From: Ignavibacteriota bacterium
Lineage (GTDB): Bacteria > Bacteroidota > Ignavibacteria > UBA10030
Direction of reading: 5' to 3'
Length of the DNA stretch: 64,000 bases
Assembly: GCA_963701295.1 (NCBI GenBank)
Contig: OY969585.1
Span: 2,560,001 to 2,624,000 of the forward strand
Positions within the stretch are counted from its first letter, which is position 1; each line of letters starts with the position of its first letter. The position numbers and the translations under genes are program-made. The notes under the pieces were generated by a model. That model saw only the letters and a list, made by a program, of their open reading frames with translations. It made no database searches and had not been told where the DNA came from. Shown here piece by piece: positions 1 to 10,631 of this stretch.

Positions 1-2093
1 TCCACACTATCGGTTGCAATAGTCATTTCTGGGAAATCCGTCATGAGATTCGTAAGCAGAATCTGCTTGGGAAGTAATGGGAGAAACGGTAGAATGAGGG
101 ATACTCCAGCCATGCTGAACATGTTTCCAAAATTGGCGCTGGTTGCCATGAACACATACTTGAGTGTGTTGGCAAACGTTGCCCTCCCTTCGCGTACGCC
201 TTGTACCAAAACGCCTAGGTCCTTTTCGAGTAAGACGATATCCGCTGCATCTTTGGCAACATCCGCGGCGCCATCGACAGAAATCCCGACATCGGCAGCA
301 TGAAGTGCCGAGGCATCGTTGATGCCGTCGCCCATATACCCGACGACATTTCCAGCTTTTCGAAGAGCGAGGATGATGCGCTCTTTTTGATTGGGCTCGA
401 TTTCTGCGAATACATCCACATTCGTCACACGGTTGAGCAATGCGCCATCGCTCAATTGACGAAGGTCTGATCCTGTGAGAATTTTTGTATCTGTCAATCC
501 CATCTGTTGACTGACATTTGCCGCGACGAGGTGATTGTCACCCGTGATGACCTTGAGCGCAACGCCGAGGTTCTTGAGGCTGATAATCGTCTCAATAATA
601 TTGGGCTTGGGCGGATCGAAGAAAACAAGGAATCCTGAAAATGTCATGCCCGCTTCATGGTCTTTGCTGATGCGTGACTCTAATCCCATGTTCTTGTAAG
701 CAACACCCAGCGTACGAAAACCCTTACGACTGAATTCTTCGAAGTGCTGCTCAATTCGGTCGCGCGCGGTATTCAGATCAACAATGGTTCCATCTCCAGT
801 TTCCACTGATGTGCAAACGGCAAGCACATTCTGTAGCGCGCCTTTGGTCACCATCAGGTGCTCATCATTATGTGAAACCAGAATACTCAATCGCTTGCGA
901 AGAAAATCATACGGAATTTCATCCTGCTTCTTGTAATCGGACAGATCAAACTGGCGATAAGTGCGGACGGCTTCATCGATCGGGTTTGTAAATCCTGTTT
1001 CATAAAAAGCATTGAGATACGCATGAAGAAGGACTTTCTCGCTTGGAGCACCTTCCACATTACAAGCAGATTGTACGTGTACGATTCCTTCGGTCAGGGT
1101 ACCGGTTTTATCGGAGCAGAGCACATTCATACTGCCGAAGTTTTCGATCGAAGCAAGCCGCTTGACGATGACTTTCTTTTCCGCCATCCGTTTGGCACCA
1201 TGGGAAAGGTTGATACTGATAATCGCCGGCAGCAGCTGCGGTGTAAGTCCGACAGCGAGTGCGAGCGAGAAGAGAAATGAGTCCAGAACTGGGCGCGCTA
1301 AATAGACGTTGATAGCAAAGATGGCAACCACCAACACCAGCGTGACTTCCATGAGAAAATAGCCGAATCGCCGGATGCCATGTTCAAAATCCGTTTCCTG
1401 CGGCCTGAGTTTTAGCCGCTCGGACACTTTGCCGAACTCGGTTTCCTTGCCCGTGCGGACGATCAGTGCCGTTGCGCTGCCACTCACTACATGGGTTCCC
1501 ATCCAGAGTGCATTTGTCCGCTGACCCAGCGGCGTCTCTGCCGGCAAGAGTGCTGCGGCTTTTTCCACAGGAAAAGTTTCACCCGTGAGCATGGCTTCAT
1601 CTACGAAAAGGTCTTTAGATTCTTGAACCAACCCATCACCGGGAACAATATCGCCGGCGTTCAGGACGATAATATCTCCTGGTACAATCTCTTCAACAGG
1701 AATTTCTTTGGAGCTTCCATCACGCAGCACCGCCGCTTTAATCTGCACGATGGAAAGCAGTTTTTCGATGGCGTTCGAAGCACCGCGCTCTTGCCAAAAA
1801 CCGAGCAAGCCGCTGACGAGGACGATGGAAAGAATAATTAAGGCATCGACCGAATCATGGAGAAAAAATGATAACCCTGTTGCAAAAAAAAGGATAAGGA
1901 TGATAGGGCTTTTAAATTGAGCGATTAGGAGTGTCAATACATCCGACCGCTTTGGGGGCTTGAGGAGATTGGCGCCAAAGCGTTCAAGCCGCTGTCTAGC
2001 GTCAACGCCTGTCAATCCGTCCTTTGTCGCTTCAAGGACCTGGAGCATTTCAGTTACGGAAACGCTCCAAAAAGCTGGGGGGAGTTGGTTCAA
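1..2093 (-). CDS. mgtA: Magnesium-translocating P-type ATPase (partial, runs off window start)
   Basis: Not in ORF track because it is open at the window edge. Manual translation from TTG at 2093 (AAGAGG RBS upstream) gives MNQLPPAFWSVS...DEAMLTGETFPVEK...LAVGLTPQLLPAI...CSDKTGTLTEG...VITGDN...GDGINDASAL, which are P-type ATPase motifs; the LTPQLLP helix fits the MgtA subtype. Confidence 0.9.
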   Translation of the reverse strand, partial: MNQLPPAFWSVSVTEMLQVLEATKDGLTGVDARQRLERFGANLLKPPKRSDVLTLLIAQFKSPIILILFFATGLSFFLHDSVDALIILSIVLVSGLLGFWQERGASNAIEKLLSIVQIKAAVLRDGSSKEIPVEEIVPGDIIVLNAGDIVPGDGLVQESKDLFVDEAMLTGETFPVEKAAALLPAETPLGQRTNALWMGTHVVSGSATALIVRTGKETEFGKVSERLKLRPQETDFEHGIRRFGYFLMEVTLVLVVAIFAINVYLARPVLDSFLFSLALAVGLTPQLLPAIISINLSHGAKRMAEKKVIVKRLASIENFGSMNVLCSDKTGTLTEGIVHVQSACNVEGAPSEKVLLHAYLNAFYETGFTNPIDEAVRTYRQFDLSDYKKQDEIPYDFLRKRLSILVSHNDEHLMVTKGALQNVLAVCTSVETGDGTIVDLNTARDRIEQHFEEFSRKGFRTLGVAYKNMGLESRISKDHEAGMTFSGFLVFFDPPKPNIIETIISLKNLGVALKVITGDNHLVAANVSQQMGLTDTKILTGSDLRQLSDGALLNRVTNVDVFAEIEPNQKERIILALRKAGNVVGYMGDGINDASALHAADVGISVDGAADVAKDAADIVLLEKDLGVLVQGVREGRATFANTLKYVFMATSANFGNMFSMAGVSLILPFLPLLPKQILLTNLMTDFPEMTIATDSV

Positions 2094-2285
2094 TCTAATA
2101 TTCCTCTTTTAATATGGCTAATTCAAGATTCATTTTTCACGGGTTCGATGCGCTTTGTTTTTTCTATTATACACTACTTTATCAGCTATTTATATTCCCA
2201 GCCATTCTAATGCCTCGTTGAGAGTCGGAGTCATCGCCATTTATTGTTCCGCCTACCTTATCTTCACACTAAAATATTTCTAATT

Positions 2286-3488
2286 TTATGGGATTGTTAC
2301 CAGAACATCATCAAAAATTCCCGGCTGAGCTTGTGAAGGAATGGTAGAACCTATATAAGCGTATATAGCAATTCGTCCGAATGTTATCGGCGACGCATCG
2401 GTGTAATCAATGAGTGCACTTGATGAGTTGTCGAAGTACACTTTGGTATTACTTCCGTTGACAATAACTTTTAAGCTGTAAAAGGTGTTGACGCTATAGG
2501 ATGCAGTTTTTAAAGAAAGAGTTGGAAGCCAGGCACCCGAAATAAATTTGTTAAGCGATAATGTTGAACCGTTGGACAAATCAACCGAATAACAACCATT
2601 TGAATTAATATGGAATCTTAAGGCAACAAGTGTATTCATAGTAGTTACTTTAAATTTTGCAGAGAATGTATAATTCGTCCAATTGGTGTCTCCGTTTGCT
2701 AGATTCATATTTGCTTTTATTCTTGCTGCTTTAGCGCCGCCCCCATCGTCAAAAATATCGCAGAAATCAACTAAATTTTGTCCATTTCCGTTCATATCAA
2801 CCCAACCGTTATCTATAAGTCCGGCTGCTCGTTGGAAATCATCGAAGAATACTACCATTGTCCCTGCCGGGAAAGAATATGCATTGCTGCCGCTCACGTT
2901 GTTCACATACACCTTCAGCCATCCATCTCCCAAACTAGATTCGTTGACCCAATTTGTACCGTTGTATTTTCCAATACAGATAGTTGTGTCTACAGCTTTC
3001 ACGCACCATTCAAATCCAGAATTCATAGCTTCCATAACGTTCGACTGACCTAACACGATGGCATATGTATGTCTAGCAGTCAATCCGTGATAAGTCAATG
3101 GTGCACTTAATACTGTAAAACTTTCTGCCAGCGAACTGATGTCGATTGAGGAGACAGCGAGTAAATTTGTAGGTTGGTTGTTTGCGGTTTCATATAATTC
3201 TACGGTAACGTTGCTGTAAACGGCTGTGCTGTCCCATTTCCTAATTTTTACATCGATACCAGTAATGTTCAAGTGAGCTGCATCTGTAATAAAGGTCTGA
3301 TACCGCTTAAGCTGGTCAGCACCCTTTAGTCCGAACGTCAATCCTAAGGTGCCGGTGTGGGAAATATCAATGACGCTGCTGGATACAGTCGCAGTACTAT
3401 TGGGCCCTGTAACAGTATCACTTTTTTTAGTACAGTTAAACATCATGAATGCTGTAAGCACTAAAAACGGAAAAACGTTCTTTCGCAT
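2286..3488 (-). CDS. Putative lipoprotein with beta-sandwich/lectin-like domains
   Basis: Long ORF. Likely start MRKNVFPFLVLTAFMMFNC (signal peptide ending in Cys), Ser/Thr linker, and a C-terminal ConA/DUF1080-like beta-rich region (WTNYTFSAKFK...GRIAIY...FDDVLV). Confidence 0.65.
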   Translation of the reverse strand: MRKNVFPFLVLTAFMMFNCTKKSDTVTGPNSTATVSSSVIDISHTGTLGLTFGLKGADQLKRYQTFITDAAHLNITGIDVKIRKWDSTAVYSNVTVELYETANNQPTNLLAVSSIDISSLAESFTVLSAPLTYHGLTARHTYAIVLGQSNVMEAMNSGFEWCVKAVDTTICIGKYNGTNWVNESSLGDGWLKVYVNNVSGSNAYSFPAGTMVVFFDDFQRAAGLIDNGWVDMNGNGQNLVDFCDIFDDGGGAKAARIKANMNLANGDTNWTNYTFSAKFKVTTMNTLVALRFHINSNGCYSVDLSNGSTLSLNKFISGAWLPTLSLKTASYSVNTFYSLKVIVNGSNTKVYFDNSSSALIDYTDASPITFGRIAIYAYIGSTIPSQAQPGIFDDVLVTIP

Positions 3489-3615
3489 TTTATTTCTCCT
3501 CATATTAAATAGAATTTTCATCCCGACTTTGTCGAATTTCGAAATGACAAACAGGGTAGAGAAGGAGGATTCGATGATCCTAGTTAACATTTTTGTGCAT
3601 TGTCGTGTGCGTGTG

Positions 3616-4257
3616 TCAATCTTTTTTATATGATACTGGATTATTTAACATCAGATGTTGTGAATCTTTGAGTTGAAGTATTTCTCTCAGTTTTTGTTGA
3701 TCCATAAAAGCCCGGGGTCTTGTGGCAAGTCCGACAGAGGCACAAAAGAGCGAGATATTTTGCGACACGATTCCGGCATCAACTGCTGCCCACACTAATT
3801 TTACAGAGTCTTTCCCAAAAGTAAATCTGGAAATATCAGATACTAATAAACAAATGAGCGGGGCTTTTGCAACATTCACTTGTTTGTCGGCAATGACATT
3901 CCGGTAGTCATTATTGACGATAAGTTCAAGTAAATGTTTTTTTGCATTGTAAAGATAAATGCCGGACTTCATAAATACATAAACATCAATATCCTGGGCG
4001 TTTATTGCTGATGGGGCAGTGCGTTTCCCCGATTCAGGCCGGTTCACTCCGTTTGAAGCCCACAATAAATCCGATAAATCCTGAAGTTTTATTTCTGTAG
4101 TATCAAATTCCGTCGCTGATGCTCTTAAAGAGAAAGCCTTCATAACGGGCAATCCTCTGGTTGTATCGGGCGGGTTTAATACTATTGTCTTTGTACCTTG
4201 ACCAAACAAAGAACTTGCAAAAATAGTAAACGAAATGAGAATATTAATCTTTTTCAT
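3616..4257 (-). CDS. SagB/ThcOx-family nitroreductase with signal peptide
   Basis: MKKINILISF signal peptide (AAGGA RBS); motifs RAS..F, LSDLLWA.NG.NR, RTAPSA.N.Q and DAG..SQNI.L. Confidence 0.85.
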   Translation of the reverse strand: MKKINILISFTIFASSLFGQGTKTIVLNPPDTTRGLPVMKAFSLRASATEFDTTEIKLQDLSDLLWASNGVNRPESGKRTAPSAINAQDIDVYVFMKSGIYLYNAKKHLLELIVNNDYRNVIADKQVNVAKAPLICLLVSDISRFTFGKDSVKLVWAAVDAGIVSQNISLFCASVGLATRPRAFMDQQKLREILQLKDSQHLMLNNPVSYKKD

Positions 4258-4363
4258 TGTTATCCTTTTAATGTAATCATTAAAATTATTGTTAAGTGTA
4301 CATTGCATAAAACGATTAAGTCGAACCGATTGTACGGCTCGAACCATCGACTGTCGTTGAAGG

Positions 4364-5488
4364 TTAAGTTGTCGATATGACCTCAAGAGTTGATGAATGT
4401 GGGATACAGCGAAATCGCATTTTATGCGGTGTGTTTGCAGAATCCTGATATGCGATAATAAATTCGATGCTGTCGATGGGAGTGTCAATTGTACTGAATC
4501 GAATCCACCCTGATTCTCCCCGGCGAAGATATTTCGATTGATTTATTTGCGCTGTTACACCCTGGGGAACTTTCAAATTCAGAGAGTTCATCGAAGCGCC
4601 GGCGTTGGCGATATAGAGTGTAATGAGTGTTCCGCTTCCGACGCATCGTTTCAATTGAATCTCCGGGACTGTTGGAACCGGTTGGGGAGGAAGGGCGGGA
4701 GAATCAGAATATATCGGTGAGGCAGAAAACGGATCGCCCGTTTCTATAAGCTGCGGCGCGATATATCCTTCAGGCACAATCTGCTGTTCTAAAGCCAGTG
4801 AGCGGGCAAGTTCGTCTTCTTCTGTCCTTCCTGCAAGCATATCGAACAATGTAAGATGGTACGTTTCGATTAAATTAAATTTCACAGCACAAAGCGCAAT
4901 GATCATGCCGCCTGCAAATCCGCCGAGATGTGCCCAGTGCGCTACACCATCCCCAGAGCCCATACTGCCGATAATATCGAATATGAGCCAATACAGCACC
5001 ATCCAATATGCCTTCGTTGCAAATCTTCCAGTTTTGAACAACCAGATGAAAGGAATTGCAAGAAAGTACCAACTATGTATTTTATTACGCGGAAAAAGAA
5101 CGAAAGACATACCGACAATACCGTTAATTGCTCCGCTTGCCCCGATTGCCGGATGTCCATCCATAACAAGATGGGCGACTGCTGCGATAATACCAAGGCA
5201 AAGAAAGAGAAAACCATATGCTCCATTCCCAACTGTTGCGCAGATTGCATTCCCGAAAATCCAGAGGAATAACATATTCCCGAACAAATGCAAAAAACTT
5301 CCATGCAAAAACATATGTCCCAGCAAGCCGGATATATCCCAATCGCGTAGGACGAATGCTTGCTTATCCGCCATGGGAAAGAGTTGTTCGGGAAGAAAGA
5401 AAATAATAGAAATGATAACGATAAGAGCAGCATTGACGTACGGAATGCGGGTAAATATCGTTTCTAATTTATAGGGAATAAGTATCAT
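4364..5488 (-). CDS. Rhomboid-family intramembrane serine protease with C-terminal soluble domain
   Basis: HMFLH..FLHLFGNM, catalytic GASG and AHLGG motifs; multiple TM helices. Confidence 0.9.
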   Translation of the reverse strand: MILIPYKLETIFTRIPYVNAALIVIISIIFFLPEQLFPMADKQAFVLRDWDISGLLGHMFLHGSFLHLFGNMLFLWIFGNAICATVGNGAYGFLFLCLGIIAAVAHLVMDGHPAIGASGAINGIVGMSFVLFPRNKIHSWYFLAIPFIWLFKTGRFATKAYWMVLYWLIFDIIGSMGSGDGVAHWAHLGGFAGGMIIALCAVKFNLIETYHLTLFDMLAGRTEEDELARSLALEQQIVPEGYIAPQLIETGDPFSASPIYSDSPALPPQPVPTVPEIQLKRCVGSGTLITLYIANAGASMNSLNLKVPQGVTAQINQSKYLRRGESGWIRFSTIDTPIDSIEFIIAYQDSANTPHKMRFRCIPHSSTLEVISTT

Positions 5489-5834
5489 TTCAGTATTCCA
5501 TATTTAGTAGTGAGTATGATGACAGCGGTTAAGCAGTGAATGTTTTGCATAAAAATGACATTGGTTAGTATGTTATGGTAATTAATTTTCTGCGCGGAAC
5601 AATAGAACTGTCCTTTGCTGTCATGCCTTTAAATTCCAATCCACCCCTTGTTCTCTGTACTGTTGTCATTGGAATTCAGTAAAACTTAAAAGCTTTTGTG
5701 AGTCTCAAGTGTATAGCAATAAGGCAGACTCGCCTAAGTTTTACGAGTGTTGGCGAGCAGGTGAGAATCACTATTGAGATAGTAGAAAGTTTTTTACTCA
5801 ATCGCAATAATGAACATCCAGCAAGGGCGTAAGA

Positions 5835-5857
5835 GGGGCGAAGTCACTTCGCCCGAA
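5835..5857. repeat. REP-like palindrome, copy 1 (GGGGCGAAGTCACTTCGCCCGAA)
   Basis: GGGCGAAG/CTTCGCCC inverted repeat; near-identical copy at 30288-30310. Confidence 0.6.
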
Positions 5858-5922
5858 GAATCAATGAGGAGAGGCGGAATTGGGGTTCAATATATTGAAC
5901 CCGTACAATTTTGGAACGTGTG

Positions 5923-6816
5923 TTACAATGTTGCCTCTTTCAGGCGGCGAGAGATATCCTTGAGCGATGTCCAGCTTTCCATCAACTCGGGAAGATATTC
6001 TGAAGATGTGATAAATGTCCAGATATATGCTACAATCGAATAGATACTCCCGGTTGTAAAATCGTCAAGGTCAATTGATATGTAAAGAACAACGAGGAAG
6101 ATGCCTAGGAGTATTACCCGCATTACTCCAAAATTGAACGCTCCCCAATTTGCAATTTTCTGTTTCAAGTATGACGATTTCTTATAATATGCACGAACCT
6201 CTTCCGGTTTCTGTGTAGAAAAGATATCATACGTGTTTTCATAGGTATCGTGTACATCTTTTTGAATTGCACCGACTCTTTTAATATAGATTCGATTAAT
6301 GAACAGAAGCGGGAAAATGATGGTGAGACACGTGAGAGAAAGGCGCCAGTCAAACATGGCGAGTGCTATCACTGTTCCGCCAATTTGAATTGTTTGTTCG
6401 ATGATCTCAGGAATGCGATATTGAAAAAATGTAATATATTGTTCAGACAACTGCGCAAGTGCTGCAGTTTTTGAGGGACGGAATTTCTTTTCCACTGCGA
6501 CCGAAGAGATATCGGTTGCCAGTTGAGTGAACATCGTCAGATAAATTCTCTGGTCTACAACTCGGCGAATAACACCGGTTCCGGAATTGACCATGAACAC
6601 ACCGACCCAGAGAAAGAGCGGCAGCAAGGTTTCTTGAAGATTGACCGTTTGCCCGGAAGCGCGTTCGATTAATGCATCGATCACTTTGCCAAACACGGCT
6701 GGCTCTATAATCCATGCAACATGTTCAATAATTACAAGGGCAATCGCGACGGATATCCCTTTTCTGAATCGTACCAGGAGTGCAGAGAGCTGTAATGTGT
6801 TCGTTGATTTCATCAC
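5923..6816 (-). CDS. ABC transporter six-transmembrane-domain protein (no ATPase domain)
   Basis: Exporter-type TM pattern (P.VFGK.ID.L, RR..D.RIY, FDWRL...CL) and no Walker motifs. Confidence 0.7.
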   Translation of the reverse strand: MMKSTNTLQLSALLVRFRKGISVAIALVIIEHVAWIIEPAVFGKVIDALIERASGQTVNLQETLLPLFLWVGVFMVNSGTGVIRRVVDQRIYLTMFTQLATDISSVAVEKKFRPSKTAALAQLSEQYITFFQYRIPEIIEQTIQIGGTVIALAMFDWRLSLTCLTIIFPLLFINRIYIKRVGAIQKDVHDTYENTYDIFSTQKPEEVRAYYKKSSYLKQKIANWGAFNFGVMRVILLGIFLVVLYISIDLDDFTTGSIYSIVAYIWTFITSSEYLPELMESWTSLKDISRRLKEATL

Positions 6817-6919
6817 TTACTCTGCCAATTCTTGCAGTTCCATTCTATTATTCATCTTTTGTAAATTACATTATTTGCGTTGTTCTTCTTCGAGCGCCTT
6901 GTTTGTAAAATTCATCCGC

Positions 6920-7300
6920 CTATTTATCCACGCTCCATTTAACTCCGCCCCGGCAGGCAATAAAGAGGAAAACAAAGCAGTAGAGAACAGCCAGCTCGCC
7001 CTGGTTCAGCGCCGGGAGCAAGAGAGATCCAAGCTGGAACTTCCAATGAAACTGGAAATAGGCCACAGCCATCATACCGCTGCAGAGGAATGCCGCCAAA
7101 CGTGTCCGAAACCCCAGCATCACGGCTAGTCCGCCGATGAGTTCTATAATTCCGCCAATCCAAAGTTGAGACCCGATCGGCGGATGGAACTGGGAAAACA
7201 CACCGAGGATTTTTTGGGTGCCGTGGAAGGAAAACATGAAACCTGCTGCAATACGCAGCAAGGCGTAGGTGTAGTCTGCATACTTTTCAGACTGTTTCAT
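6920..7300 (-). CDS. DoxX family membrane protein
   Basis: LLRI.AG..F..HG.QK, IE..GG....LG..TR.AA and GELA.LY motifs. Confidence 0.9.
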   Translation of the reverse strand: MKQSEKYADYTYALLRIAAGFMFSFHGTQKILGVFSQFHPPIGSQLWIGGIIELIGGLAVMLGFRTRLAAFLCSGMMAVAYFQFHWKFQLGSLLLPALNQGELAVLYCFVFLFIACRGGVKWSVDK

Positions 7301-7502
7301 ATATGTCTCCGTTGTTCGTTATGAGTTTTTCACTGATAGGGAATGCAATAAAACATTCCTGAACCTCAATGTCGTTGTTTCTGAAAGTTTCAGAAAATGA
7401 AATCGGCTGTATTGTTTTAGCCGTTTTTATTAGGTGCCTGGAATGACGAACGAAATGCACTGTGAATTGAGCACAGCTCTCCGAAACCAACGCCCGGTTT
7501 TT

Positions 7503-10500
7503 TCACTTCCTGCTTTTTTTCTTCGGTTCTTTTGGCGTAAGTTTCAGCGTTCGAATCTCAAACGGCTTAAACTTGATCGGTAATTTGGATTTCGTAACCT
7601 TATGCGGCTTCTCATCTATTTCAAGGAGATTACATTCAACGATGTTTGCCGTATCAATACCGAAGTGAAGCAATGTGTCTGTGGCCATTCCATGAGCTTC
7701 ATGCATCCGTATGATGACAGCATCGCTTTCTTCTGCTTTCTTGACCGAATCGACGATAATGCTGGGCTTCGAGGATTCCATAAGCGATGGAATTCCTTCC
7801 ACGAGAATATTGGGGAACACCAGCACTGGATTATTCAGTTCACGTGCGTTCTGCACCGTACGTCCTTTCATCCAATCGCCGTTGTGCGGATAGAGCGCAT
7901 AGCAGAACGTATGTTCGCCTTGGTCGATCAAGCTCTCATCAGATCGTGATGGGTCGATCGGGTGCGGATAGTGCGGTGAGCGGAGCAGTGTAAGCCGTAG
8001 AGTGCTTCCTTTTGCATCGTATCCGTATTTGCAGTCGTTCAAAAGACTGACGCCATACTTTGCATCCGACATATCTGCCCACTGCTGAGCGGGTACTTCA
8101 AATTTCGCTTTATCTTCTTCCGTACGAGGCTTCGATGATCGTTGAATTGCGCCGAATTGAATTTCGTACATTGCGCTGGATGTTTTCATGTTGAAAGGGA
8201 AAGCGACTTTCATCAATGTCTGCTTTTCATGCCACCGGATATGGGTCTGGAAATCAATGCGCGGTGTTTGATGGTAAAAGTGTACATCCTGCGAAAGAGC
8301 AGATCCGTTTTCTGTTTTCAATTCAATTCGAATCGTTGCCCGCAATGGACCGTGTTCTATTATTTTTATCTGTTTTACTGTCCACGGCTCGGTTTTATGT
8401 TTTTCAAATTCAGCGTCGATATTCCAAGCTTCCCAGAGTTTTGGCATGTCGCGGAAGGTGACGAAGGAATTGGCGCGTTTTCCCTTTTCGAGAAGCTCGC
8501 GACGGAGATGTTTTGCGTAGAGCGAACTGAATGATCCCTTGTTGTCGAGGCGAACTCTGAAATAGGGAGTTTCGATTCCATGAGTTGATGCTTTCCATGG
8601 TTCAGATGCATTTGAAGCAGTCTGCCGAGTATGAACAAAAATCTGCTTGAATCCGAAGGATGGAATGTCTGTTACGAAACAAAGAAACTTTTGTCCTTCC
8701 TTGGTTCGCTCCACTACTTGATGTTCGATCGGCTGAGCATGAATATCTTCAACCGAAAAATGCTTTTCACGAGATTTCACAAAGAGTTCAACATATGCAC
8801 TTCGTTGCCAATTCAGTGAATTGAAGACTGTAAAAGAGAAATCTATTTTGCTCTTCTTTGCCGGTTGAGAGATTCCTTGAATACATTGTGCAATGACGGC
8901 AGAGCATGTTGTCCGGATGGCTTGATAGTCTTGTTGAGCGTCTTTGTACGCGTCTGCGATAGCAGTGCCGGGAAGGAGATCATGAAATTGGTTCAGAAGA
9001 AGCTTCTTCCAAGCTTGTTCAAGTTCTGTACGCGGATAACGCCGTGCAGCGGCATTCTTTCCATACAACAGTGCAAACGTGGAGAGAAGTTCGGATGTAT
9101 ATAACAATGTTTCACACTCCCGGTTTTCTTTCTTGATCCAAGCCTGAGTCGTGTAGGTGCCCCTGTGTGTTTCAAGGTAAAGTTCATTATTCCATGTAGG
9201 ATATTCCGCGGACGGTTCTTCCAATTGCTTGAAGAACTCTTGAACCGTGGAAAGCTGAGAAGCAGGCAGTCCAACAATGTTTTTTAAAACAACTGCAAAT
9301 TCCAGATTCTCTTTTGTTGGCCCGCCGCCGCCATCACCGTACCCAAACGTTTGAAGGATCGGAGATACAGGCGGCTCTCCCTGTGCTGGGGCTCCGCTTT
9401 TCTGAAGAAACTTGGGCGTGATCTGTGCTTCAAGTCCGAGAGGAGAGAAGTGTGCGAGAACTTTTGATTTATCGATTCCTTGCCACCAGAACGATGTAAA
9501 CGGAAATTCCGTTGTATCGTTCCATGAAAGTTTTGACGTATAAAAATTTGTGATCCCGGCCTTTAGAAGAATCTGCGGTAATGCCCCATTGAATCCGAAG
9601 GAATCAGGAAGCCAGAGAGTATTTGAGTCGACGCCGAATTCTTCTTTGAGGAATCGTTTTCCGAATAAAACTTGGCGAACGAGTGATTCACCGTTTGGAA
9701 TGTTGCAGTCGGCTTCCGTCCACATTGTGCCGAGTGGTTCCCATCTGCCTTCAGTAATTCGTTGTTTGATCTGCTTATAAAGATCAGGATAGTGTGTTTT
9801 TGTGAATTCGTACAGCACCGGCTGACTTTGAGAATATTTCAGCTCAGGAAATTCTTCCATCAATCGTAATACTGTTGAAAATGTACGGCCGCATTTTCTC
9901 ACCGTTTCTTGAAGTGACCACATCCACGCGGTATCGATATGCGAATGTCCGATGAGATGAATAAGGCCTGGAAGATTTGTCCTGTGTTCCGTTTCGAGCG
10001 TGTTCAGAAGAAAATTATAGGCGCGCCGGATGGCGTTAGGATATTCTTCGCTTCCGGGTCTAAAATATTTCAGGAAAATAAGTGTCCGGCGAATCAGATC
10101 TCGAATTTCTTTCGAGTCATCTGAACCATGATCTACCTGTTTTTCAAGGTCATGGAGAACACTCAACGCGCTGTCTAATCGGCGTGCTGTTGTATCCAGA
10201 ACTGCGAGTTCCGCGATACCGAAGATGTTATGTTCGTGCTTCCTTCCGCTATAAGCTTGAACGGCAATAACGAATCGTTCGTTGAGTTTTGATTTTTCGC
10301 AGATCAGTATTTCGTTGTGATACTGGTTGATGCCATGGAACGGTTTTCCATTGAGGTAGAGGAGTGCTTCAGGAAAATCAAGGAGCAGGACGAGAGGTTT
10401 TCCCGCAAACTTCTCTGTTATGGTGATGGTCTGACGGAACCAATAGGTTCGATCATATTTTCCCCAGTGGAAAGGAATGCGGATCGATGTCCACGATTTA

Positions 10501-10631
10501 TCGTTCAAGGGAACCGATGCAGCGTAGGGAACATCGCCCTCTTTCATCTTCCAGTCCGAAACTATCGTCCGCACAGGATAGATAGAATCTTTGATGAAAG
10601 GATGTATTTGTTCAAGCAGATCAATTGCCAT
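7503..10631 (-). CDS. Alpha-mannosidase, glycoside hydrolase family 38
   Basis: GHSHIDTAWMW, WLPDSFG, GYGDGGGGP, ELYLETHRGTYTT and LLNQFHD motifs. Confidence 0.93.
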   Translation of the reverse strand: MAIDLLEQIHPFIKDSIYPVRTIVSDWKMKEGDVPYAASVPLNDKSWTSIRIPFHWGKYDRTYWFRQTITITEKFAGKPLVLLLDFPEALLYLNGKPFHGINQYHNEILICEKSKLNERFVIAVQAYSGRKHEHNIFGIAELAVLDTTARRLDSALSVLHDLEKQVDHGSDDSKEIRDLIRRTLIFLKYFRPGSEEYPNAIRRAYNFLLNTLETEHRTNLPGLIHLIGHSHIDTAWMWSLQETVRKCGRTFSTVLRLMEEFPELKYSQSQPVLYEFTKTHYPDLYKQIKQRITEGRWEPLGTMWTEADCNIPNGESLVRQVLFGKRFLKEEFGVDSNTLWLPDSFGFNGALPQILLKAGITNFYTSKLSWNDTTEFPFTSFWWQGIDKSKVLAHFSPLGLEAQITPKFLQKSGAPAQGEPPVSPILQTFGYGDGGGGPTKENLEFAVVLKNIVGLPASQLSTVQEFFKQLEEPSAEYPTWNNELYLETHRGTYTTQAWIKKENRECETLLYTSELLSTFALLYGKNAAARRYPRTELEQAWKKLLLNQFHDLLPGTAIADAYKDAQQDYQAIRTTCSAVIAQCIQGISQPAKKSKIDFSFTVFNSLNWQRSAYVELFVKSREKHFSVEDIHAQPIEHQVVERTKEGQKFLCFVTDIPSFGFKQIFVHTRQTASNASEPWKASTHGIETPYFRVRLDNKGSFSSLYAKHLRRELLEKGKRANSFVTFRDMPKLWEAWNIDAEFEKHKTEPWTVKQIKIIEHGPLRATIRIELKTENGSALSQDVHFYHQTPRIDFQTHIRWHEKQTLMKVAFPFNMKTSSAMYEIQFGAIQRSSKPRTEEDKAKFEVPAQQWADMSDAKYGVSLLNDCKYGYDAKGSTLRLTLLRSPHYPHPIDPSRSDESLIDQGEHTFCYALYPHNGDWMKGRTVQNARELNNPVLVFPNILVEGIPSLMESSKPSIIVDSVKKAEESDAVIIRMHEAHGMATDTLLHFGIDTANIVECNLLEIDEKPHKVTKSKLPIKFKPFEIRTLKLTPKEPKKKSRK

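Noticed and set aside
43-1920. Short plus-strand ORFs in the ORF track
   Set aside because: They are antisense shadows of the mgtA reading frame.
2160-2250. Fluoride riboswitch or M-box upstream of mgtA (minus strand GGCGATGA...GCTGATA)
   Set aside because: Lacks the GTTCGCC pairing and CTRATG..CCT 3' element of the fluoride aptamer and shows no M-box core; the 16-codon ORF MAMTPTLNEALEWLGI there is too short to support.
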